Of a stretch of 32,000 bases of DNA, positions 11,876 through 23,100 are shown in pieces; position 1 is the stretch's first letter, and each line of letters starts with the position of its first letter. The notes beneath the pieces are model-generated. The model searched no databases. It saw nothing but the letters and a program-made list of their open reading frames with translations, and was not told the DNA's origin. The position numbers and the translations under genes were made by a program. Origin of the DNA: Psychrobacter sp. DM4 (GTDB lineage Bacteria; Pseudomonadota; Gammaproteobacteria; Pseudomonadales; Moraxellaceae). Location of the stretch: positions 1,650,001 to 1,682,000 of the forward strand of contig NZ_CP195536.1 in NCBI RefSeq assembly GCF_051307035.1, given 5' to 3'.

Positions 11876-11921
11876 CTTACAGTATTAGCTTAAGCATTCT
11901 TACAGTATTAGCTTAAGCATT
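11876..11921. repeat. Perfect 23-bp tandem duplication spanning the ispF stop codon
   Basis: CTTACAGTATTAGCTTAAGCATT x2 (11876-11898 and 11899-11921). The ispF stop (TAA, 11913-11915 on the minus strand) lies in the second copy. Confidence 0.9.
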
Positions 11922-12431
11922 GGTCGCATTAACACTATCAGTGTTATCAGGCACTAATAGTACCACGGCGCTTGACATTATGCCCTCTTGGCGACCTGTA
12001 AATCCTAGCTTTTCACTAGTCGTTGCTTTGACACTAATGTTGCTGGTATCGGTTTTCAGGTCGCTGGCGATATTATCACGCATAGCCTCATTGAAAGGTG
12101 CAATCTTTGGGCGCTCACACATAATTGTGATATCAGCGTTACCAAGCGTATAGCCTGCTTGTTGTATCTTGGTATAGACGTAGCGCAGTAGTACCCGCGA
12201 ATCGAGTCCTGCGTGCGCCGCATCAGTATCAGGGAAATGCTGACCGATATCGCCAAGCGCCAACGCACCAAGGAGTGCATCGGCAAGCGCGTGCAGCACC
12301 ACATCACCATCGGAGTGCGCAAGCAGACTATGAGTGTGCTCAATAGGCACGCCCGCTAGTATGACATATTGCTGCTGCTGACCATTATTGTGAAAAGCAT
12401 GAACGTCTATACCTTGACCGATTTTTATCAT
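11913..12431 (-). CDS. ispF: 2-C-methyl-D-erythritol 2,4-cyclodiphosphate synthase
   Basis: [13 protein letters not shown] ... GVPIEH ... [35 protein letters not shown] ... classic IspF motifs, with a short C-terminal extension. Confidence 0.95.
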   Translation of the reverse strand: MIKIGQGIDVHAFHNNGQQQQYVILAGVPIEHTHSLLAHSDGDVVLHALADALLGALALGDIGQHFPDTDAAHAGLDSRVLLRYVYTKIQQAGYTLGNADITIMCERPKIAPFNEAMRDNIASDLKTDTSNISVKATTSEKLGFTGRQEGIMSSAVVLLVPDNTDSVNATNA

Positions 12432-12578
12432 AGTATTTCCAAATTAAAAACATGATTAAAATTATTTAAAACCACTATCTAAATTTCAGTGCTGTTTTTA
12501 GTGCAAAAGTAGCGCCCTGCCTGCCACCGATTTGCTTTAACTGATATAATAGACCTTTATTTTATCACAAGTTATTGA

Positions 12579-13823
12579 GTGACTTTTATGTCCGTTACAT
12601 CAGCCGTGCCAGATACCTCAGTTACGCAAGCGACATCCACTTCTAGCGCCTATCGTCCGCTAACCTTAGCCGATATCGACTATCCAAGCAACAAGCATGT
12701 GATTGTCGGTATGTCAGGCGGGGTTGATTCCTCTGTATCAGCTGTCTTACTTCAACAAGCAGGTTTTAAAGTTGAAGGTTTGTTTATGAAGAACTGGGAA
12801 GAAGATGACGGTACTGAATACTGTACGGCTATGGATGACTTAGCAGACGCGCAGGCGGTTTGTGACAAAATCGGAATCAAATTGCACACCGCCAATTTTG
12901 CTATGGAATATTGGGACAGAGTTTTCGAGCATTTTTTAGCAGAATACAAAGCAGGACGCACGCCAAACCCTGATATTTTGTGTAATAAAGAGATTAAATT
13001 TAAGGCGTTTTTGGATTATGCTTTGACCCTTGGCGCAGATTATATTGCGACGGGTCACTATACGCGCCGTAGTGTGGACTATATCAACGACAATGGCACT
13101 GGGGTTGCGCAGTTATTACGCGGTCTCGATGACAATAAAGATCAAAGTTACTTCTTACATGCGGTTGGCGGTGACAAACTTGCCAAAACCTTGTTCCCCA
13201 TTGGTGAACTTGAAAAGCCTGTCGTACGTCAAATTGCTGAAGAGCATGATTTGGCTACGGCTAAGAAAAAAGACTCTACGGGGATTTGCTTTATCGGCGA
13301 GCGCCGATTTAAAGATTTCTTGCAACAGTATTTGCCTGCGCAAAAAGGCGATATCATTACAGACGATGGTCACATTATTGGTAGCCACGATGGGCTCATG
13401 TACTACACCTTAGGTCAGCGCGGCGGTATCGGCATCGGCGGTGTCAAAGACCGCGTTGATGCACCATGGTTTGTACTAGCAAAAGACTTAGATAACAATC
13501 GCTTAATTGTCGGTCAAGGTCACGAACATCTCATGCTCATGAGCAATGAGCTACGCGCGTACAAGCTTGATTGGATTGAGGGTGTCGCGCCAGCTGATAT
13601 TTTTAGTGAGCAAGGTCTGCGCTGTATGGCAAAGTCGCGTTATCGTCAGCCTGATCAAGTATGCCGTGTATTTGCCGTTGATCAAGATGGTAGTGAGGTT
13701 AAAGTGATATTCGATGCGCCGCAACGCGCGGTCACCCCCGGTCAGTCAGCGGTATTCTATATCGATGAGGTCTGCTTGGGCGGCGGCGTCATTGAATCGA
13801 TAGACGCACCGCAGTCCCTCTGA
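12579..13823 (+). CDS. mnmA: tRNA 2-thiouridine(34) synthase MnmA
   Basis: PP-loop [15 protein letters not shown], then [26 protein letters not shown] and GICFIGER. The start is ambiguous: GTG 12579 (track) or ATG 12588. Confidence 0.95.
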   Translation: MTFMSVTSAVPDTSVTQATSTSSAYRPLTLADIDYPSNKHVIVGMSGGVDSSVSAVLLQQAGFKVEGLFMKNWEEDDGTEYCTAMDDLADAQAVCDKIGIKLHTANFAMEYWDRVFEHFLAEYKAGRTPNPDILCNKEIKFKAFLDYALTLGADYIATGHYTRRSVDYINDNGTGVAQLLRGLDDNKDQSYFLHAVGGDKLAKTLFPIGELEKPVVRQIAEEHDLATAKKKDSTGICFIGERRFKDFLQQYLPAQKGDIITDDGHIIGSHDGLMYYTLGQRGGIGIGGVKDRVDAPWFVLAKDLDNNRLIVGQGHEHLMLMSNELRAYKLDWIEGVAPADIFSEQGLRCMAKSRYRQPDQVCRVFAVDQDGSEVKVIFDAPQRAVTPGQSAVFYIDEVCLGGGVIESIDAPQSL

Positions 13824-13961
13824 TTTTAGAGTCTAGGGGTTCAAATAAGCGATAGTCAGTCCAATATTAAAAAGATATAGCAGAATTGAGATAAATCTTT
13901 TGCAGCCTCGGTCGGCGAACGCAGTTAGGCTCTTAGTTTATTATCAGGTTTGACCTTGCTA

Positions 13962-13983
13962 CTTAGAACATTCTTAGAACATT
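13962..13983. repeat. 11-bp tandem duplication just downstream of the 281-aa gene
   Basis: CTTAGAACATT x2 (13962-13972 and 13973-13983), 7 nt from the stop codon at 13990-13992. Confidence 0.85.
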
Positions 13984-13989
13984 CAAGTG

Positions 13990-14835
13990 TTATTGGTTTA
14001 CTATCGCACTCGCTGTACTACTCGCAATATCCCTAGTTTCGTTTTGTCCATCATCATCAACGGTGTAGATTTGATAAGTTAGGTGGGCAATGGGTTCAAG
14101 CTCTGATGTGAACTGATAGAACTTGACATCGTAGCTACCAGGTAACCATCCTTCATAGGGTTTAAAACTCACCCAATTTTGATTGCTGCCCGCGACGATG
14201 TTTTTCTTCTCAAACAATAAAACCTGTCCTGTCTCATTGTTCACCCACTTCACAAAAGCAAAAGGGCTGGCAGGTACTTTGCCCGCAGTATCCAAATGAG
14301 CGAATAGTTTGGCGTTTTTATTTATCGTTGAGGTATTTATTGAGGTCGACGGCATATTGCTATCAAAGGAAAGCCTGACTTCTCCAACTAAAGGACGTGT
14401 ATCATCTTTGCTATATAACTCCTCTACCGCTCGTTCTGCAAAGCGTCTTTTGTCCGTGATGACCTCGCTATCGCCCTTTGCCATAAACTTATCAACATAC
14501 TGCCCTAACACGTAATCGGGCATATTATCGACTAAGTCTAACGCTTGCTCTTTTGAGTAGTCGTTGATAGAAGCTGAGTTTGAGTCTGTCAAATTTGAGA
14601 GGTCTTGCTGCGACGTAACATCACGCCTGTTCAATGAATCCTGTGACACTAGACCAGTTGCCGAGTTAGAAGCGTCTTGATTATCGTTTATATTAGAAGA
14701 TGAAGGCGACTGCTGTTTGGCTTGCAGGACATAATCCATTTGTTGTTTGGTCATAAACAAGTAAGTGCTTAAAACCCCAAAAACAAAGGCCACAACAACG
14801 GATAATAAAAGTAAAGGTTTGTCTTTCATAGGCAT
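13990..14835 (-). CDS. Hypothetical N-terminally membrane-anchored protein with an S/N/Q-rich linker and a C-terminal beta-rich domain
   Basis: 281-aa ORF with one N-terminal TM helix (PLLLLSVVVAFVFGVLSTYLFM), a low-complexity linker, and a C-terminal region (FVKWVNNETGQVLLFEKK ... WLPGSYDVKFYQF) that looks like a beta-sandwich. No family recognised. Confidence 0.6.
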   Translation of the reverse strand: MPMKDKPLLLLSVVVAFVFGVLSTYLFMTKQQMDYVLQAKQQSPSSSNINDNQDASNSATGLVSQDSLNRRDVTSQQDLSNLTDSNSASINDYSKEQALDLVDNMPDYVLGQYVDKFMAKGDSEVITDKRRFAERAVEELYSKDDTRPLVGEVRLSFDSNMPSTSINTSTINKNAKLFAHLDTAGKVPASPFAFVKWVNNETGQVLLFEKKNIVAGSNQNWVSFKPYEGWLPGSYDVKFYQFTSELEPIAHLTYQIYTVDDDGQNETRDIASSTASAIVNQ

Positions 14836-14983
14836 ATTCTAAAAACAGTGTGTTTGGCTAACATTTTTTAGCTTAATGTAGACAAACTTCATGATCGAAT
14901 CATTGGTTTTTTTAAACGTATTGCGTATAAAAGCCACCTCTATCTAATACAAAGACGGCTTTATCTATCTATAGTAAAATGAC

Positions 14984-15385
14984 TTAATTAGAGAGTCTAG
15001 AAGATGGGAACGGATTGTTTACTGGGTTACAAACATACTTATATTTACCATTAGGATTGTTCTCTATATCACGATCAATCTCATTAATATCGCCATCATC
15101 AGTAGTTCTGATAATAAAATTAGCAAAAGCTCGAGGTGAAGTGCCTACAACCTGACAGCTTAAAGAGAATCTCTTGCCATTGTTGATGTTGGATTTTTTG
15201 ACTAAGCATCCTCGGCTAATTTCATCAACGGTAATTGTATTACCATTAATTTGACAATTCGATAATCCTTGAAATTGAATAGGTTCCTCAGAGCTACCAT
15301 AACTACCACTACTATCAGAATCGCCACCACAAGCAGCTAATGCCAAAACGCTTCCCATCAATAAAACATTTACTAGTGTGTTCAT
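14984..15385 (-). CDS. Putative lipoprotein (133 aa, four additional Cys)
   Basis: Signal peptide plus lipobox (VLALAAC-GG), followed by a D/S-rich linker. The mature part has 4 Cys. The gene and its upstream 390 bp look AT-richer than neighbours by eye. Confidence 0.6.
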   Translation of the reverse strand: MNTLVNVLLMGSVLALAACGGDSDSSGSYGSSEEPIQFQGLSNCQINGNTITVDEISRGCLVKKSNINNGKRFSLSCQVVGTSPRAFANFIIRTTDDGDINEIDRDIENNPNGKYKYVCNPVNNPFPSSRLSN

Positions 15386-15686
15386 TGTTAACCCTTAATA
15401 AGTGCCGAAGCGATTTAATATCAAGTCTATTTTTTTAGTAGACTAAATTTTCCAAAAATATATCACCACTGTTAAAATAAGTAAACAATTTTTCTTTACT
15501 ATTGCCAACTTTTTGTCCAAATGATCAATGCATGCTCTCAATCTGAACAAACGGCTTCCAATATTTTGAAAATAGCTAAATTTGCATTAATTTTTAAGAG
15601 TTTTTAGACAAAATATTTGTATGCGTTGTAAGAGTCACTTTCAATATCAAAATCTATCTCATTTTTTATCATTCCAGTCAAAATGA

Positions 15687-17165
<1,479 letters not shown>

Positions 17166-17202
17166 TCATCAGCTATAAATAGCTGCTAATAATTAAAGAA
17201 GC

Positions 17203-17844
17203 GTGCAAATGCATCGAAACTTTAACTCTGTCATTGTCAGTACTGTTGCGGTATTTATCGTCATGGTACTGGCAAGTATTGAGCCTCTAGAGTGGTCAAG
17301 TTACCTACTCCATCAATTAGGCACGCTGTTGTTTTTAGCATTAATGATGATCACTTATCACTACTGCCATATTAGCTCGCGCTCTTATGTGCTCGCTGCA
17401 CTATTTTTAGTCATTCACATTATAGGCGCACGCTATCTGTACTCGTATGTGCCATATGATGAGTGGACGCAGCAGCTGTTTGGTATACGTTTAAGTGAGT
17501 GGTTTGGTTGGCAGCGCAATATGTATGACAGGCTGGTTCATTTTAGCTATGGATTATTGCTATTTGGTGCGATGGCTGAGATCTCAAAATCCCTCTTCAA
17601 GATTCAATCACTCAAGCTTTTAATCGCTATCGCACTCATGATTAATATGTCATCAAGCTTGCTTTATGAGCTACTGGAATGGGGTATTGCAACGACCTTG
17701 TCACCAAAAGCAGCAGAAGCTTATAACGGTCAACAAGGTGATATTTGGGATGCTCATAGCGATATGGCGCTGGCATTATTGGGCGGTCTAATGAGCGCAG
17801 TTGTAGTTTTATTCCAAACTCGTAAAAACCAAATTGTGTTTTAA
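17203..17844 (+). CDS. DUF2238/YjdF-like inner-membrane protein
   Basis: 213-aa polytopic ORF. Motifs GARYLYSYVPYD, GWQRNMYDRLVHF, YELLEWGIA and YNGQQGDIWDAHSDM resemble YjdF-type DUF2238 proteins as I recall them. The start is GTG 17203 or ATG 17209. Confidence 0.7.
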   Translation: MQMHRNFNSVIVSTVAVFIVMVLASIEPLEWSSYLLHQLGTLLFLALMMITYHYCHISSRSYVLAALFLVIHIIGARYLYSYVPYDEWTQQLFGIRLSEWFGWQRNMYDRLVHFSYGLLLFGAMAEISKSLFKIQSLKLLIAIALMINMSSSLLYELLEWGIATTLSPKAAEAYNGQQGDIWDAHSDMALALLGGLMSAVVVLFQTRKNQIVF

Positions 17845-18026
17845 TCGTCTTTTTTGTCGTCATCACTATCGCCCGGTATGATAGCTTTACCTACAGCAAC
17901 CGTGCCTTTGACTACGCCTTTGGTGGTTTTATAAGCGATTTTAGCGGGTACTGTGACAATTTTATGGACACAGGCTTGTAGCAAAAATAGGCTAGCGATA
18001 ATGACAACAAAATGTAGCTTTTTCAT
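17841..18026 (-). CDS. Small (61 aa) putative lipoprotein or secreted peptide
   Basis: AGGA 5-6 nt upstream of ATG 18026. Signal-like N-terminus MKKLHFVVIIASLFLLQAC (atypical lipobox LQAC), then a K/V/T-rich body and an acidic tail DSDDDKKDD. Its stop overlaps the yjdF-like stop within the tetranucleotide TTAA. Confidence 0.45.
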   Translation of the reverse strand: MKKLHFVVIIASLFLLQACVHKIVTVPAKIAYKTTKGVVKGTVAVGKAIIPGDSDDDKKDD

Positions 18027-18201
18027 AATGTTCCTACGATTGAGTGAATGCTCATGACTGCTATTATTTGGTAGCCGCTATTTTATGAGTGTCACCATAT
18101 AAAAGATAGTCATCAGATAGGTGAATATCATAAACTATTAAAACTGTCCTATAAAGCATCCCTTTAATTAATCTCGTACGTATTTAAAATATGGATTATC
18201 A

Positions 18202-19374
18202 ATGACTTCTATTCCTCTTTGTTTACCCGACTCTATCACGCCTGAGCAATTCTTGAGGGAGTACTGGCAAAAAAAGCCATTACTTATTAAACAAGGTCTA
18301 CCACAGTTAGTCGGCATGTTCGAGACCGATGACATGCTTGGTCTTGCGCTTGAAGAAGATGCAAGCGCGCGTCTGCTGACTCAAGCAGCGAGTAAGACAG
18401 AAGGTCAGGCACAATGGCAACTCAAAAAAAGCCCATTGACTGAAATTGATTTTGAAAACTTGCCAGAACAATGGACTGTACTGGTTCAGAATATGGAACA
18501 ATGGTCACCTGAACTGGGTCAATTATGGCAAGCATTTGACTTTATTCCGCAGTGGCAGCGTGATGACATTATGGTCTCATATGCGCCTACAGGCGGTTCA
18601 GTCGGTAAACATTATGACGATTACGATGTGTTTTTAGCACAAGGCTACGGCTCCCGGCGTTGGCAGCTCGGCAAATTCTGTGATAAAAGCACTGAGTTTG
18701 TCGCAGACGAGCCAATTCGATTATTTGATAATATGGGCAAGATTATCTTTGATGAGATATTAGAAGCCGGCGACGTGCTCTATGTACCGCCAAAATTATC
18801 ACATTTCGGTGTGGCACAGGATGATTGTCTAACGTTCTCTTTTGGATGTCGTCGTCCTAACCTCATGCAAATTATTGATAGTGTGGCTGATATCGCAACC
18901 AATGACAGCAGTTTATTCATCCCGATGCTGCTACCCCAAGCGCTACAGAACTCAGGGGAATTACAAGCGGACAGCATCGCGGCTATTAAAGCGCAGCTAC
19001 TAGAGATGCTACAATCTGAGCGTGGCGACGATATCATTCGTCAAGCAGTGTCGGAAGTCGTGAGCAAACGTCAATATGATGCGCTGGTACCTGAAGAGAC
19101 GGTAGATACTGATGAGTTAATGCAAGCCCTGCTCGATGGCGCAACCCTGCAAGCCGACTATAGCAATCGTTTGCTTTATAGCCAGACCAGTGATGGCATC
19201 GTGCTATATGCTAATGGTCAACGTATCGATGGTCTGGATGCTGCGGCAATAGCCATATTAGCGCGTTTGGCTAATGGCGAACACTTACAACATAGCGATG
19301 TCACAGATATCGATCCTGATGACTTAAGTGAATGGCTTGAAAATGGCTGGGTATGGATAGATCACGCTGAATAG
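18202..19374 (+). CDS. roxA: JmjC/cupin ribosomal-protein hydroxylase (RoxA/YcfD-like)
   Basis: 390-aa ORF. FLREYWQKKPLLIKQGLP at the N-terminus, GGSVGKHYDDYDVFLAQGYGSRRWQ (HxD iron site) and DVLYVPPKLSHFG, typical of YcfD-type cupin oxygenases. Confidence 0.8.
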   Translation: MTSIPLCLPDSITPEQFLREYWQKKPLLIKQGLPQLVGMFETDDMLGLALEEDASARLLTQAASKTEGQAQWQLKKSPLTEIDFENLPEQWTVLVQNMEQWSPELGQLWQAFDFIPQWQRDDIMVSYAPTGGSVGKHYDDYDVFLAQGYGSRRWQLGKFCDKSTEFVADEPIRLFDNMGKIIFDEILEAGDVLYVPPKLSHFGVAQDDCLTFSFGCRRPNLMQIIDSVADIATNDSSLFIPMLLPQALQNSGELQADSIAAIKAQLLEMLQSERGDDIIRQAVSEVVSKRQYDALVPEETVDTDELMQALLDGATLQADYSNRLLYSQTSDGIVLYANGQRIDGLDAAAIAILARLANGEHLQHSDVTDIDPDDLSEWLENGWVWIDHAE

Positions 19375-19413
19375 TAATGAGTTAGCATAGTAAAATAGCT
19401 CTTATACACGCAT

Positions 19414-19452
19414 AAAAAACCCGATAGCTGATGACTCAGATATCGGGTTTTT
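19414..19452. terminator. Bidirectional Rho-independent terminator between the convergent roxA-like and putA-CTD genes
   Basis: 14-bp stem AACCCGATAGCTGA / TCAGATATCGGGTT (one mismatch), 4-nt loop, flanked by A6 on the left and T5 on the right. Confidence 0.85.
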
Positions 19453-19470
19453 ATTATGCTCTATATTCTA

Positions 19471-20160
19471 CTAAGTACCTAGCTCCAGCAAACTTGCATT
19501 ACCACCAATAGCAGTGGTATTAATCGTAATCACTCTTTCTGTGACAAATCGATAGAGATAATCTGGCGTAAGCATCTCAGATAGCTCTTTCATATCACTA
19601 ACAGCAATAACTTGAGTCAAGATACCATCAGTGTCGGCAAGCGTCTGGCTGATCTCTTGGATCTCGCTAGTATCACCTGCGACTGCCACTTGTGCTAAGC
19701 GGTCGATATAGAGCAAAGTCACCGTTTGCGCGTCGTTAGCCACGCTTAACACATCGTCGCTGATACCCGTATCATACAGTATTTTTGCTGCCTCATCGCA
19801 CATCTCATATTGGCTAGGGCAATGCAATATGACCTCATTACCAGTGAGCAATGCAGCGATCAGTTGACCGAGCACTGCCATTGTTGTCGCTGATTCTGCG
19901 CCGATGACCATAGTCTTGCCACGGGCAGTCATATACAGATCATTGGACTCACCTGTCGCCCCTACCATACGCTCGACATCATCGAGCTTAGGTGCAGCGC
20001 TCAATAGATGATGGAATAAACGCTTAGCTCTAGCCGCGTTGCCTGTCAATAGGGCAAGCTTAGGAATAGCTGCCTCTAAATAAGGGGCACGGTTGACCGC
20101 GCCAAGTAACCGCCAAGCTTCACAAACTTGCGCATGATTTGTTTTGAATTCATTTGTCAT
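19471..20160 (-). CDS. Stand-alone PutA C-terminal domain (CTD) homologue, 229 aa
   Basis: ATG 20160 lies 11 nt after the putA stop, with GGAG 7 nt upstream. The sequence ends ...INTTAIGGNASLLELGT, matching the extreme C-terminus of long PutA proteins (E. coli ...GGNASLMTIG as I recall). The internal stretch MVGATGESNDLYMTARGKTMVIGAE parallels the PutA CTD. The track ORF extension to 20334 overlaps putA and is not needed. Confidence 0.75.
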   Translation of the reverse strand: MTNEFKTNHAQVCEAWRLLGAVNRAPYLEAAIPKLALLTGNAARAKRLFHHLLSAAPKLDDVERMVGATGESNDLYMTARGKTMVIGAESATTMAVLGQLIAALLTGNEVILHCPSQYEMCDEAAKILYDTGISDDVLSVANDAQTVTLLYIDRLAQVAVAGDTSEIQEISQTLADTDGILTQVIAVSDMKELSEMLTPDYLYRFVTERVITINTTAIGGNASLLELGT

Positions 20161-20171
20161 AATGCTACTCC

Positions 20172-23100
20172 CTACGCGAGTTCTGTTTGGATCTGATTGT
20201 TGAGGGCGGCTTGATCGGTATTCGCTGACTTGGTCGTTAAAGATTCGGTCGTCGCTGTTTGAATAACAAGCTTCATAAGACGCGCCACGTAATGTGGTCC
20301 ACCTGCTTTGGGGCCTGTACCCGATAATCCGCAACCACCAAAGGGCTGAACGTTGACGACTGCGCCGATTTGGTTACGGTTGATATAAGTATTACCTACG
20401 ACAGTGCGGCGTTCGATATGTTCAGCGATATTTTCAATGCGGCTATGGATGCCTAGCGTAAGACCAAAACCTGTCGCATTAATCGCATCAATAAGTTTGT
20501 CTAGATCACGCGCTTTGTAGCGTAGTACATGCAATATCGGACCGAAATGCTCGCCGCCGATGACATCGATACTTTGGACTTCAATGGCTGTTGGCAATAC
20601 AAAAGTCGCGTCATCTTCACCGATCACCGAACTTGCACTCATCGGCGTCTGCGCCAAAATAGTCGCTGTCGGCTCTGCGATCATGCGCTCGATATGTGCC
20701 TCAAGTCCTTGTTTAGCAGTGCTATCGATCACAGGCCCTACGTCAGTTGCCGCGTAAGTTGGGTTACCTACGATGAGCTCTGCCATATTACCCTGAAGGA
20801 GTTCAATCAGATTATCGGCGATATCTTCTTGTATGCATAGGATACGACAAGCAGAGCAGCGTTGTCCTGCTGAACCAAAGGCGGACAGTACCGCATCTTT
20901 GACCACTTGCTCTGGCAAAGCGGTCGAATCGACAATCATCGCATTTTGACCACCGGTTTCAGCGATTAGGATTGGCAGCTCACCACTCGCTTGTGCGTGA
21001 TTGTTCAGGCTTTGATTGATACGCTGAGCGGTTTGGGTCGAGCCTGTGAACACGACACCAGCCAAATGATCAGCACCAGTTAGCGCCGCTCCCACTTCGC
21101 CGCCACCGATGACCAATTGCAGCGCCTCGTTTGGTATGCCTGCTTGATACATAAGCTGCGCACCAAAATGAGCGATTAAGCTGGTCTGTTCGGCAGGCTT
21201 TGCGACTACAGTATTGCCAGCAGCTAAAGCGGCGACAATTTGACCTGTATAGATAGCAAGCGGAAAATTCCACGGACTGATACAGACGATGGTGCCACGT
21301 GCCTTATAGACTTGTTTAGACCGCTTACCATTTAAATCCGTAAACTCGTGCGATGTGGTCTCTAGACGCTCGGCTTCATCCGCATAAAAGCGGCAAAAAT
21401 CAACGGCTTCTTTAATCTCATCAATGCTATCTTGTGTCGTTTTACCTGCTTCTATTTGACACAGCGCCATTAGCTCTGCGTAGTTTGCCTCATAAAGATC
21501 AGCAATCTTGCGTAAAGTATCGGCACGCTTGCTAGCAGGCACTGCTTGCCAAGCGTCTTGTCCTGCGACAGCGGCATCTATAGCTTGAGTAGCAATAGCG
21601 GCATTGGCGTAATATGCCTCGCCTGCTATAACCTCATGATTCCAAGGTGCACGGACGCTATGATTTTCAAGCGGCTGCACTGTGCCATTATTATCATATT
21701 CATTAATAGCATTACCGTTCACGATGGAGGTCGCTGACCATGTTTTTTCTGATTGCTCATTGATAGCTGCTTTTAGCGGCGTCCACTGCGACTCCACAAA
21801 GATATTGGAGCCAAAACTAGCACAGCGTTTGCCATAGATATCGAGTGGTAGCGGGATATCAGGGTTATGCAAATACTCATTGGTGAGTAGTTTGTCATAA
21901 GGATGCACAGTTAACTTATCAATAGGATAAGACTTATCTAGCAGCTGATGGACAAACGAGCTGTTGGCACCGTTTTCAAGCAAGCGGCGCACAAGATAAG
22001 GTAGTAAGTCATGATGAGCGCCAACGGGGGCATAGATACGTACAGGGATTTGATACGCCTGCAATATATGATCATAAAGCGCATCGCCCATGCCGTGTAG
22101 ACGCTGGAACTCAAAATCTCTATGCGCGCTCATGGTCATCACAGAGGCGAGCGTATGAGCGTTGTGAGTGGCGAACTGCGGCCAGATGAGTCCGCGTAGA
22201 TGCTCTGACAACAAGAAACGCGCACAGGCCAAATACGCCGTATCCGTACCTTCTTTGCGCGTCCAAACTGGATAGCCTGACAGCCCTTTTTGCTGGGCCA
22301 ATTTGATCTCCGTATCCCAGTAAGCGCCTTTGACCAACCGCAGAGGAATACGGTCACCGACCTCCATCGCAAGGCGTGCAATCCAAGCAAATACCGCAAT
22401 GGCGCGTTTTGAGTACCCTTGTACAACGAGACCAAGACCATCCCAGCCTTTAGTTAGCGGATCACGGTAGAGCGATTCAAAGAGTTTGAGAGATATCTCC
22501 AACCGATCGGCTTCTTCAGCATCAATACTAAGATCAACGTTGACCTCACGCGCTGCTTCTATGAGTAGCATACAGCGCAGGCGTAGTAGACCCATCACTT
22601 GCGTCTCTTGCGTGGCTTCATAACGCGGATGTAGTGCAGATAGCTTGATAGAGACGGACGGCTTTGGCATACCCTCTTTGACTTTGACATTGGCCGTTGC
22701 TTTGACGGCATGCAGATAGTCGTTAAAGTATTTTTCCGCGTCTTTGTGAGTGACAGCTGCTTCACCAAGCATATCGAATGAATAGGTATAGCCTTTATTA
22801 CGATAAGGCTGGCTGTTTTTATTCGCCTCTTCAATAGTTTCGCCCAGCACAAACTGATGTCCCATGATACGCATAGCTCTTTGCATCGCACCGCGAATCA
22901 TCGGCTCGCCCATCTTTTTGGTCATGCGATCCAAAAACCCTGAGGCAGTAGTACTACTATCGATACTAACCACACGGCCAGTCATCATCATGCCCCACGT
23001 TGAGGCATTGACCATAAAACCATTGTCATCTTTGAGATGCTTTTTCCAGTCAGCGATGCTCATCTTGTCACGGATAAGGGCATCGGCCGTATAGTTATCT

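Noticed and set aside
12579-12690. A roughly 35-aa S/T-rich N-terminal extension of MnmA relative to typical proteins of about 370 aa.
   Set aside because: The start codon is uncertain (GTG 12579 or ATG 12588) and low-complexity N-terminal extensions are common. There is no functional implication I can support.
13838-13846. GGTTCAAAT, reminiscent of a tRNA T-loop, just after mnmA.
   Set aside because: The flanking bases cannot form a T-stem, and the required upstream tRNA body would lie inside the mnmA coding sequence. It is not a tRNA.
20161-20334. Upstream part of the 287-aa track ORF (MRIIGYRPQSRW...) overlapping the 3' end of putA.
   Set aside because: Its composition is non-protein-like and it overlaps the well-conserved ALDH C-terminus in another frame. 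It is only the open-frame run-up to the real ATG at 20160. It matters only because it shows where a frameshift could have occurred.
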